Shown here: positions 18,114-26,159 of the stretch, piece by piece | How positions within the stretch are numbered: position 1 is the stretch's first letter | Layout: the number at the start of each line of letters is the position of its first letter | Assembly: GCA_043825735.1 (NCBI GenBank) | Contig: JBDRRP010000050.1 | Span: 62,001 to 95,545, forward strand | DNA: 33,545 bases | Direction: 5' to 3' | DNA from: Pseudomonadota bacterium | GTDB lineage: Bacteria; Desulfobacterota; Desulfobacteria; Desulfobacterales; JBDRRP01 | Notes under the pieces: model-generated | What the model was told of the DNA's origin: nothing | The model's input: the letters and a program-made list of their open reading frames with translations, nothing else | The model's database searches: none | Position numbers and translations under genes: made by a program

Positions 18114-19013
18114 GCTGTCGTTACAAATAACTTGCGTTTTCCTGGGCAGTACTACGATATTGAAACAGGATTACATTACAATTGGAATCGGTATTTTGAT
18201 CCAATTACAGGTAGATATTTTAGGAGTGACCCTGCTGAAGATGGAATAAACATATATATGTATGCACAAAATAACCCCACAGCATCGTATGATCCAGAAG
18301 GCCTTATGGCGAAAGAAGCTTACAATAAATGGGAAGGCATTTCTGTTGATATTTGCAGCACAGCATTTGATCATTGGTATCCGATTACTCAAGAAGGATA
18401 CGCTAATGCAATAAAATACTGGTACTATACAGATTCAGGTGTAAATATTATTAACAACATTGTTGATGAGTTAAATTATAGCTATACTTGGAATAAGAAT
18501 TTCTTTGCGAGTTCAAATAATGTATTTGAGAGAGGCTTTGATATAAGAAATTATACTAATAAGTATACCGTCCTCGGCTATAATACAGGTGGAAGCTACA
18601 CAGGGATAGGAACAAAATTCGCTATCAGTTCAGCAATAACGTTCGATTGGTCTGGAAATTTGACGTACACTTCTTCTATTGATGCAGGGGCGGGTCAAGG
18701 AAGAGATTTAAGCCTTTTTGGAAATGTTATTGTCGGCATTGGTCGGGGGCTTACTTCATCGAAGTTTGGAGAAAACTCTTTCTCCGTCTCAGGGAGTCAC
18801 CATATAACGGAAACGGTTGCCCTAACAGGTGCTGTGACCACCCCAATTGATAAAACTAATAACGGTGATTGGCATTTCGTTGAGTCGGGACTATCATTTA
18901 GTACCCCTTGGGGAACGAAAGGAGAGATTGGCGAAACCATAGGAAAAGGAGAGTCATATACAATCAACCTGGTAGATGTTCTTAATAATATATTTGAATA
19001 TAATCCACAATAG
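18114..19013 (+). CDS. Orphan Rhs core fragment plus alternative 235-aa toxin tip
   Basis: AVVTNNLRFPGQYYDIETGLHYNWNRYFDP..GRYFRSDPAEDGINIY; DPEGL at 18291-18305. Possible TTG start at 18132, no clear RBS; probably a silent cassette. Confidence 0.85.
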   Translation, partial: AVVTNNLRFPGQYYDIETGLHYNWNRYFDPITGRYFRSDPAEDGINIYMYAQNNPTASYDPEGLMAKEAYNKWEGISVDICSTAFDHWYPITQEGYANAIKYWYYTDSGVNIINNIVDELNYSYTWNKNFFASSNNVFERGFDIRNYTNKYTVLGYNTGGSYTGIGTKFAISSAITFDWSGNLTYTSSIDAGAGQGRDLSLFGNVIVGIGRGLTSSKFGENSFSVSGSHHITETVALTGAVTTPIDKTNNGDWHFVESGLSFSTPWGTKGEIGETIGKGESYTINLVDVLNNIFEYNPQ

Positions 19014-19025
19014 CATTGATATATT

Positions 19026-19460
19026 ATGATCATTTTCGTGTCCATTTTATTGCTCATTGTAGGGTTTCTTCTAATAGATATATTCTTAATCGGATTTATT
19101 CCTAGCCTTTTAGGTATTTATCCTTCTTATCTAAAAATTAAGAGGGATATTCTCATTGAGGACAGGTCATTCGAATATGGCGTTGATACCAATCTCTTTC
19201 CTTTTTATAAAGTAATATTGAAATCTATATTAATCACGAAAAAACGCCTGTATGTTAGACACACCTACTTGGCCTGTGCAAGAACTATTCGAATAGATCA
19301 AATATGCGGTTTTCAAATTAGCAATCCAATTTTATTCAGTGGGCGTAGAGTCAAGCTACTGATAAAAGAGGAAAATGAGATCAAGTATTTTTCATTTAGA
19401 ACAAAAATTCCAAATGAATGGGTCAAAGTTTTACATGAGGTTGGGATACATCAAATTTAG
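19026..19460 (+). CDS. Putative immunity protein (N-terminal membrane anchor) for the orphan toxin
   Basis: 12 bp after the orphan stop; AT-rich; hydrophobic N-terminus; ITKKRL segment suggestive of a PH-like beta domain. Confidence 0.65.
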   Translation: MIIFVSILLLIVGFLLIDIFLIGFIPSLLGIYPSYLKIKRDILIEDRSFEYGVDTNLFPFYKVILKSILITKKRLYVRHTYLACARTIRIDQICGFQISNPILFSGRRVKLLIKEENEIKYFSFRTKIPNEWVKVLHEVGIHQI

Positions 19461-19615
19461 TGAAAAACAAAAGGGTTACCCAGTAAAGAACGTGTCAATA
19501 GAGAAAACACCTCATCATAGGAGTTTTGAAGCCCAGTTTTTTGTTGTACACCAATACATGGAATTGTGGAAACAATGAAGCAAAGGGGTCACATCTTAAA
19601 TGAGGAGAAGGGGAT

Positions 19616-19876
19616 GTCCATGAATAAATAACTATCTTTAAATCTGCCGGTGCGCGCTGAAATGGTGTAGGGCTGAGATATCAATTTCGCCTTAAAGCAG
19701 AGTACGCGTTCACGGGGATCCATTGGGATAAGGCAACGACCCGCCTACACCCAAGCCAGATTCGGGGGCGCTCCCAGAAAATATGAGCGGATGGGGGAAA
19801 TGGACGTCCATGAATAAATAACTATCTTTAAATCTGCCGGTGCCCGCTGAAATAGTGCAGCGCTGGGTATCAATTT
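19616..19876. repeat. Direct repeat of about 70 bp with 190-bp period
   Basis: GTCCATGAATAAATAACTATCTTTAAATCTGCCGGTGC is identical at 19616-19653 and 19806-19843, continuing imperfectly to TATCAATTT. Confidence 0.9.
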
Positions 19877-19972
19877 AGCCAGGAAATCGAGATTGTCCAA
19901 AATAGTATTTATTGCAATCACTATTGGCAGGAAAGAGATTTGATATCGCAGTAACATCAGGGGGGATTCTCA

Positions 19973-20695
19973 ATGAAAAGATTTGTGGTTTACAGTATTA
20001 TCGTTGTGGTTTTGATTTCGCTGCTTTCTGTTGCTGCCGATGCTGAAGACGTCGTTGTTGAGTTGTCTACCGATGACGGTTCTTCCGGTCTGGTGATCAA
20101 AAACTCAGCCGGTATCGTTGTTGCCCGTATTGACTCTAAAGGCAGCTTTATTCAAAACGCGGGCCCTGTTGTGCCGCCTGGCGCCGTAATGGCCTTTGCC
20201 ACGGGAAACCCGCCAACAGGATGGTTGCACTGCAACGGGGCGGCCATCTCAAGAACTGATTATGCAGACCTTTTTGCCGCCATCGGAACGATGTACGGAA
20301 GCGGAGACGGTAGCACTACTTTCAACTTACCAGATTACCGGGGACAGTTTCTTCGTTCTTGGGACAATTCGGCAGGTCAAGACCCGGACAGAGCTAATAG
20401 AGCTGACAGAGGTGACGGGACTACCGGTGATAACGTCGGTACAAGACAGGCCGGCCAGTTGGCTTCTCATCACCATAGTGTCTCGGTGGCAGCAGCCGGC
20501 GGACACTCACACACTGTTGCTGGCGGCAGTGTCCTTTCGGATTATGGTGGCGGCGGCGTTGTTCGATACAGCGGGACATCCAGCGCGACAACCAGCGCCG
20601 CAGGCAGCCATGGTCATGCCGTGAGCCAGAGTTCAGTCGGTGGCAACGAAACGCGGCCGAGGAATGTCTCGGTGATGTGGGTGATCAAATTATAA
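19973..20695 (+). CDS. Signal-peptide-bearing phage tail-collar domain fibre protein
   Basis: Signal peptide ending AADA; collar motif PPGAVMAF..P.GWLHCNGAAISRTDYADLFAAIGTMYG.GDGSTTFNLPDYRG.F; HxH motifs (SHHH, GHSH, SHGH); terminal ETRPRNVSVMWVIK. Confidence 0.9.
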   Translation: MKRFVVYSIIVVVLISLLSVAADAEDVVVELSTDDGSSGLVIKNSAGIVVARIDSKGSFIQNAGPVVPPGAVMAFATGNPPTGWLHCNGAAISRTDYADLFAAIGTMYGSGDGSTTFNLPDYRGQFLRSWDNSAGQDPDRANRADRGDGTTGDNVGTRQAGQLASHHHSVSVAAAGGHSHTVAGGSVLSDYGGGGVVRYSGTSSATTSAAGSHGHAVSQSSVGGNETRPRNVSVMWVIKL

Positions 20696-21008
20696 AATCC
20701 AGGGAGCCGATTTCGACCCACTAATTCACAATTCAATTCTTGAGCCCATTGTCTCCCTCGCAATCTCTGAGCGCGCGCGTCATTCTATTGCCTATCAGCG
20801 CTTACCCGCCGAATTCGATCAGGCTCATGACTTCAGCAATTGCCCTTGATCTTGACAGGGCCTTCGGAACGCTGGAATATCATCGCACAAGATGAATTGG
20901 GTGCCATCACGCGATTCGTTTAGGGGAAGGCTGCCTGAAGCGGAAGCGTATCCCGCGTCGATAGCGGTTGTCATAAGTATGTTCTGAATCAACACGGTTC
21001 TACCCGTC

Positions 21009-21081
21009 GTCATGCCGGGCTTGATCCGGCATCCAGAGATCGCTTCGGAGCAACCTGGATCCCGGCCTTCGCCGGGATGAC
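21009..21081. repeat. REP-like palindromic doublet, same family as 4765-4845
   Basis: GTCATGCCGGGCTTGATCCGGCATCCAG...CTGGATCCCGGCCTTCGCCGGGATGAC. Confidence 0.78.
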
Positions 21082-21265
21082 ATCGGAGCTATGACTGGTC
21101 TATCGCATTGCCTTCAACACCCGACCAATCGGAACGTTATTATGACAATTACTATAAGAGCAACTTTCTGCTTTCTGACCTATGTGGGAGGAAATGTTGA
21201 AAAATAAATTCTTTAGTAACTTTTTGAACAAACCGGATATATCTGCGGAGGAGGGCGGACAGACG

Positions 21266-23110
21266 ATGATAAACCAGTTGCCGGAGGCGGTGAAACAAAA
21301 ACTCACGACACCGGAAAAGGCCTTTGAATCGATCAAATCAGGGGATCGCATCTTTGTGGGGACCGCCTGCGCAACGCCCAAGGCGCTCATTGCCGAGCTT
21401 GAAAGCGGCGCAAGACGCCTTGATGACGTGCAGATGATTCATTTTCTGACGGACGGCGCCATTCCGGTTGTGGACGGCGTCCCCAAAACCCGCTTCCTGC
21501 ACAAGGTCTTTTTTGTGGGCTCAGATACCCGGGAAGCAGTCAAGCAGGGCAAGGCCGATTACATTCCGATCTCGCTCGCCCGAGTCCCCAATCTCTTCAG
21601 GACCGGCAGGATTCCCCTCGACGTTGCCCTGATCCAGGTCTCCCTGCCCGATGATCACGGATACGTGAGCCTGGGGGTTTCCGTGGATATCACGCGGGCG
21701 GCGGTGCTCAGCGCAAAAACCGTTATCGCCGAGATGAACCCGAACATGCCCCGGACCCTTGGAGACAGTTTCATTCCCATCAGCCGAATTGACCACTTCG
21801 TTTGGGTGGATACGCCCATTACCGAGTACCTGCATCCCCAGGTGGATCAGATTGCCGAGCGCATTGCCCGGTATGCGGCCAGAATCATCCAGGACAACGC
21901 CACCTTGCAGATCGGGCTGGGGCGCATCCCCAATGAGATGCTCCGATACCTTTCCAACCGGCGAAACCTTGGCATTCATTCCGATGTCATTACCGATCCG
22001 GTGATCGATCTCATCGAAAAGGGAGTCATCACGGGCGCCTCGAAAACCAGCCACAAGGGCAAGGTGGTGACCAGTTACTGCATGGGAACCCGCCGGCTGT
22101 ACGAAAAAGTCGATAACAACCCCATGTTCGCCTTTCATCCCATCGACTACGTCTGCGATCAGGCCGAAGTGAAAAAGAACCACAACATGGTTTCCGTCAC
22201 CCAGGCCTTTGCCATCGATCTGATGGGGCAGGTGTGCGCCGACCAGTTTGACGGCGAGTTTTATGGCGGCGTGTCCACTCAGCTCGATTTCATCCAGGGC
22301 GCCGCTGCGGCCCCCGGCGGCAAACCCATCGTGTGCCTGCCCGCCACAACGGACGATGGCCAGCGCTCACGGATTCGTCCGCTGCTGCTGGAGGGGGAGG
22401 GGGTGACCATCGCGCGCTCGGATATCCACTACGTTATCACCGAATACGGCAGCGCCTACATTTTTGCCAAATCCATCAAGGAGCGGGCGCTGGCGCTCAT
22501 TGAGATCGCACATCCCGATTTCAGGGAAGACCTTTTGAAAGAGGCCAAACGCCTGGGGTATGTCCGGGCGGATCAGACGCTGAAAAGCCGGTGCGGATAC
22601 CCGGAGGCCGAGGAGAAGGACGTTGTCCTGAAAAGCGGTGAGAAATTATTGCTCCGGCCCACCCGGGCATCCGATGCCCGGGGCCTGCAGGACATATTTT
22701 ACCACCTGCGGCCCGAGGATATTTATACGCGCTTTTTTAACATGCTCTCGTCCCTGTCGGTGACCCAGGCCCAGCATCTGTGCAATGTGGATTACGAAAA
22801 CGAGATGGCCTTTGTCGCGGTCCAGGGGGAAATGGAAAACGAGACCATCATCGGCAGTTCCTGCTATTTCAAAGACCCCAGCGAGAACCTGGCGGAGGTG
22901 GCCTATATGATCCGGCCCGAATGGCAGGGCAAGGGCGTCGGAACGGTTCTTCAGGAAAGGATGACCCAGTATGCCAAATCAAAGGGTATCAGCGGATTCA
23001 AGGCGGATATTCTTGCCAAAAACACCAAGATGAACCGACTGTTTCAAAAGGGAGAAAACGTTCAGATACGGCGCTCCCAGGATGTTTATGAAATGGTCGT
23101 AACCTTTTAA
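21266..23110 (+). CDS. Acetyl-CoA hydrolase/CoA-transferase with C-terminal GNAT domain
   Basis: IKSGDRIFVG, DVALIQVS.PD.HGY.SLGVSVD, TLQIGLGRIP, VITEYG; GNAT segment EVAYMIRPEWQGKGVG. RBS GGAGGAGG before ATG 21266. Confidence 0.88.
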   Translation: MINQLPEAVKQKLTTPEKAFESIKSGDRIFVGTACATPKALIAELESGARRLDDVQMIHFLTDGAIPVVDGVPKTRFLHKVFFVGSDTREAVKQGKADYIPISLARVPNLFRTGRIPLDVALIQVSLPDDHGYVSLGVSVDITRAAVLSAKTVIAEMNPNMPRTLGDSFIPISRIDHFVWVDTPITEYLHPQVDQIAERIARYAARIIQDNATLQIGLGRIPNEMLRYLSNRRNLGIHSDVITDPVIDLIEKGVITGASKTSHKGKVVTSYCMGTRRLYEKVDNNPMFAFHPIDYVCDQAEVKKNHNMVSVTQAFAIDLMGQVCADQFDGEFYGGVSTQLDFIQGAAAAPGGKPIVCLPATTDDGQRSRIRPLLLEGEGVTIARSDIHYVITEYGSAYIFAKSIKERALALIEIAHPDFREDLLKEAKRLGYVRADQTLKSRCGYPEAEEKDVVLKSGEKLLLRPTRASDARGLQDIFYHLRPEDIYTRFFNMLSSLSVTQAQHLCNVDYENEMAFVAVQGEMENETIIGSSCYFKDPSENLAEVAYMIRPEWQGKGVGTVLQERMTQYAKSKGISGFKADILAKNTKMNRLFQKGENVQIRRSQDVYEMVVTF

Positions 23111-23137
23111 ATGATTCGTTTATCCAGCAAGAATATT

Positions 23138-23166
23138 TCTCGCGCAGAGCCGCGGAGACGCAGAGA
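23138..23166. repeat. 9-nt-period CGCAGAG repeat arm
   Basis: TCTCGCGCAGAGCCGCGGAGACGCAGAGA between convergent genes. Confidence 0.6.
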
Positions 23167-23267
23167 ACTGCGGGAAGTGGCGGGCGGCTATCGCTATGCC
23201 AGTGAAAAAATCGATAGCCTGGAAAATGATCAAATCCTGGCTGACTTGCGGGCATAGTGGGGTGCGT

Positions 23268-23453
23268 TCAGGATTTGTCCTTGTTTGGCGGCGCGGTGCA
23301 TTTTCCCCGGTCACAGCGGCAGATGGCGCAGCGCTCGTCCGCGCACTGCTGACAGGCGAAACAGTCGGCGCAGGGGTGCTTTTTTGCCGTGATGAGGCAT
23401 CCCTCGGGAACAAAAACTTTCCCGGTGATGCCGGGCATGATTATAAAAGGCAT
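23268..23453 (-). CDS. Small Cys-rich hypothetical protein
   Basis: 61 aa; KHPCADCFACQQCADERCAICRC; RBS GGAG upstream; directly follows pyrB on the same strand. Confidence 0.6.
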   Translation of the reverse strand: MPFIIMPGITGKVFVPEGCLITAKKHPCADCFACQQCADERCAICRCDRGKCTAPPNKDKS

Positions 23454-23485
23454 CGCGCACTCCGGATCTCTTGCCCGCAGGGAGA

Positions 23486-24436
23486 CTACTTGATTTCACC
23501 ATTGAGCAGCAGGTGCAACAGCGCCATGCGGATGTAGAGGCCGTTTTTCGCCTGGCGGAAATAGTGGGCGCGGGGGTTATCGTCGACGTCAGCGGGAATT
23601 TCGTACAGCCGCGGCAGTGGGTGCATGATGATGGCCTCGGGCTTCATCATTTCGGCCTTTTCCTGAGTAAGGACGTACTTGCCGGAGGCCTCCTTGTACT
23701 GGTCCGGATCGACGAACCGCTCTTTCTGGATACGGGTCATGTATACGCAGTCGGCCACCGGCAGGACGTTGTCCAGAACGGCTTCCTCCTCCCACTGGAT
23801 GTCGTGGCGATCCAGATACTCCTTGATATCGGCTTCCATCCGGCACACCGAAGGCGAGACGAAGACGATCCGGATATCTTCGTATTTGGCCAGCAGGTAG
23901 CACAGGGAGCGGACCGTCCGTCCGTATTTCAGATCTCCCACCAGGGCGATGGTCAGGCCGGCGATGTGTTTGAAGTGGTCCTTGATGGTAAACAGGTCGA
24001 GCAGTGCCTGGGTCGGGTGCTGCCCGCTGCCGTCGCCGGCGTTGATGATGGGGATCGTGGACACGTCCGCGGCCTTTTTAGCGCTGCCGGCTTCGTGGTG
24101 GCGCATGACGATGATGTCGGCATAGCCGTTCATGATGCGGGTGGAGTCGATGAGGCTCTCCCCTTTAGCCGCACTGGAGAATTCCCGGGCGTTTTCCGTT
24201 GTGATGATCCTGCCGCCCAGCCGCAGCATGGCGCTTTCAAATGAAAACCGGGTACGCGTGGAGGGCTCGTAGAACAGCGAGGCCATGATCTTGTCCTCGA
24301 GGGCGGAGGCCAATCGCCGCGGATGCGCGGCCAGATCTACCTTCATGGCGTCTGCCGTCCGAAATACCGTGTCCAGCAGATCCCGGTCGAATTGCTGAGA
24401 TTCGTAGATGTGATCCAGTGGAAAGGTGCTCGTCAT
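23486..24436 (-). CDS. pyrB: Aspartate carbamoyltransferase catalytic subunit
   Basis: FYEPSTRTRFSF, KGESL.D, NAGDG..QHPTQALLD, GDLKYGRTV, TRIQKERF, MHPLPR. RBS GGAGGGAG before ATG 24436. Confidence 0.95.
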   Translation of the reverse strand: MTSTFPLDHIYESQQFDRDLLDTVFRTADAMKVDLAAHPRRLASALEDKIMASLFYEPSTRTRFSFESAMLRLGGRIITTENAREFSSAAKGESLIDSTRIMNGYADIIVMRHHEAGSAKKAADVSTIPIINAGDGSGQHPTQALLDLFTIKDHFKHIAGLTIALVGDLKYGRTVRSLCYLLAKYEDIRIVFVSPSVCRMEADIKEYLDRHDIQWEEEAVLDNVLPVADCVYMTRIQKERFVDPDQYKEASGKYVLTQEKAEMMKPEAIIMHPLPRLYEIPADVDDNPRAHYFRQAKNGLYIRMALLHLLLNGEIK

Positions 24437-24530
24437 TGTCTTCTCCCTCCATGGTGCGCGCAGTGAACGGGGTGTCTGGTATTGTGGGTTGCCATCCTTG
24501 TGATCGCCCGCTCTTAATACAGACAAACTT

Positions 24531-24654
24531 GCATAAAAGCGATTGTGAACCACAGAGACCGCAGAGGATCGCAGAGAAACTATGAATAATTAATGAGTTG
24601 TCTCTGCGCTCTCTGCGTCCTCTGTGGTGATTCCAGACTTTTTACATGGCCATC
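24531..24654. repeat. Nested inverted-repeat element with the same architecture as 402-530
   Basis: ACCACAGAGACCGCAGAGGATCGCAGAGA / TCTCTGCGCTCTCTGCGTCCTCTGTGGT around an AT-rich spacer; outer arm GACTTTTTAC..CATC. Confidence 0.8.
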
Positions 24655-24658
24655 AACA

Positions 24659-25603
24659 TTATGCCCCGGTGATCTGAGTGCCGATGCCGGTATTTTCGAC
24701 GGCAGCGGCCAGGGTGTCCAGCCCGGTGATGACGGCGCGCTCGCCGCCGTCCCGGATAAACTGGCAGCATGCTTCCATCTTCGGCCCCATGGAGCCGGCC
24801 GAAAAATGGCCTTCATCGATATGGGCCTGCGCTTCGTCGGTGGTGATCCTGCCCAGCAGCCACTGCTCCGGGGATCCATAGTGCAGCAATGCGCCGGGAA
24901 CGTCGGTGACGATCACAAACAGATCGGCGCCGACTTCAGCGGCCAGACGGGCGCTGGCCAGATCCTTGTCGATGACGGCGTCCACCCCGTGAAACCCACG
25001 GCCGTCGCGCACCACCGGTATCCCGCCGCCCCCGCAGCAGATCACGATAAAGTCCAATTCGATGAGCTGTTTGATTTCCCGCTTCTCGATGATGGTCAGC
25101 GGCCTGGGCGAGGCCACTACCCGCCGGTAGCCCTTCGCCGTTTTTACCACCGGATAGCCGCACGTGGCAATGGCGTCTTCAGAGATCACCGGGCCGATGG
25201 GTTTGCTCGGCTGCGCAAAGCCAGGATCGGCGGCATCCACCACCACGTAGGTGATCAGCGTGATCAGCGGTCGGTAATCGATGCCGATGGCCATGAGTTC
25301 CTCATCGAGAGAGGATTCGATCATGTAGCCGATCTGCCCCTCGGTCTGGGCCACGAGGATCTCCAGGGGCATCCGGGGCACGCTCCCGCACTGCTCCTGC
25401 TGCAGCAGGAGGTTGCCCACCTGGGGGCCGTTGCCGTGGGTGATGATGATGCGGTAATGCCGGGACAGGGCGGCGATCTGGGCGACGGGGACCTGCAAGT
25501 TGGCAAACTGCTCCTCGATGGTGCCGGCCTGGCCCTTCTTGATCAGGGCATTGCCGCCCAGGGCGACGAGCAGGATCGGTTTTGGCCCTTGAGTGTCTGG
25601 CAT
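24659..25603 (-). CDS. arcC: Carbamate kinase
   Basis: VALGGNAL, THGNGPQVG, KPIGP, YRRVVASP, CGGGGIPV, VIDKD, GSMGPK. Confidence 0.96.
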   Translation of the reverse strand: MPDTQGPKPILLVALGGNALIKKGQAGTIEEQFANLQVPVAQIAALSRHYRIIITHGNGPQVGNLLLQQEQCGSVPRMPLEILVAQTEGQIGYMIESSLDEELMAIGIDYRPLITLITYVVVDAADPGFAQPSKPIGPVISEDAIATCGYPVVKTAKGYRRVVASPRPLTIIEKREIKQLIELDFIVICCGGGGIPVVRDGRGFHGVDAVIDKDLASARLAAEVGADLFVIVTDVPGALLHYGSPEQWLLGRITTDEAQAHIDEGHFSAGSMGPKMEACCQFIRDGGERAVITGLDTLAAAVENTGIGTQITGA

Positions 25604-25650
25604 GCTACGGTTTTTCCGTTGGCAGGAGGTTAAGATCCAAGGTGCTGTTT

Positions 25651-25677
25651 ACCACGAAGTGCACGAAGCACACGAAG
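25651..25677. repeat. 9-10-nt-period CACGAAG triple repeat
   Basis: ACCACGAAGTGCACGAAGCACACGAAG. Confidence 0.65.
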
Positions 25678-25730
25678 TAATTCGCTGTTATTTAACCACG
25701 CCATAAAGCGGAGTCGTCCTGGATTAAATG

Positions 25731-26153
25731 TTAGGGTTCATCGGATCTTATGATCAGTTGGATCCATTCTATAAACCTTGGGCCCTCATAAGGAAGAGAA
25801 TGATTGTATGCAGCCAAGTTGGATAATCCACGAGCGATACCTTGGATTGCTTCTCGAAGAAGATCAAATTGCTCGTATTCAGATTCTTTACCGGGCGTCC
25901 AGTGCTTCAGCCAATTGCGTGCTTTGTTAAGATGCTGCTGTGAAATGACTTTGCGTTCTATACTATGGGTTTGAGAAAAACCACGGATAAGGTCTTCATG
26001 CGCCGACTTAACGCCAAGCGCTTTCCCAAGAATTTCCTCAGCAGCACCTGCGAGTGTGATTGCAGGTATTGGCGCATCAAAATCAATAAGGAGACGTATC
26101 GCCCAGTCGAGTTGGTGGGATGCTGCTTCGACTTTTCCAACAGTATGTGTCAT
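25731..26153 (-). CDS. Hypothetical helical protein with RNxxxH motif (HEPN-like)
   Basis: 140 aa, visibly lower GC than neighbours; QLDWAIRL..AITLAGAAEEILG..ARNWLKH. Confidence 0.6.
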   Translation of the reverse strand: MTHTVGKVEAASHQLDWAIRLLIDFDAPIPAITLAGAAEEILGKALGVKSAHEDLIRGFSQTHSIERKVISQQHLNKARNWLKHWTPGKESEYEQFDLLREAIQGIARGLSNLAAYNHSLPYEGPRFIEWIQLIIRSDEP

Positions 26154-26159
26154 TGGGCT

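Noticed and set aside
19616..19876. Possible CRISPR array
   Set aside because: Only two ~70-bp units with a 190-bp period and no cas genes.
19973..20695. Prophage, tailocin or eCIS
   Set aside because: No capsid, sheath, tube, baseplate, integrase or lysis genes; the protein has a signal peptide.
5135..20695. Diversity-generating retroelement acting on the fibres
   Set aside because: No reverse transcriptase and no TR/VR pair differing at adenines was seen.
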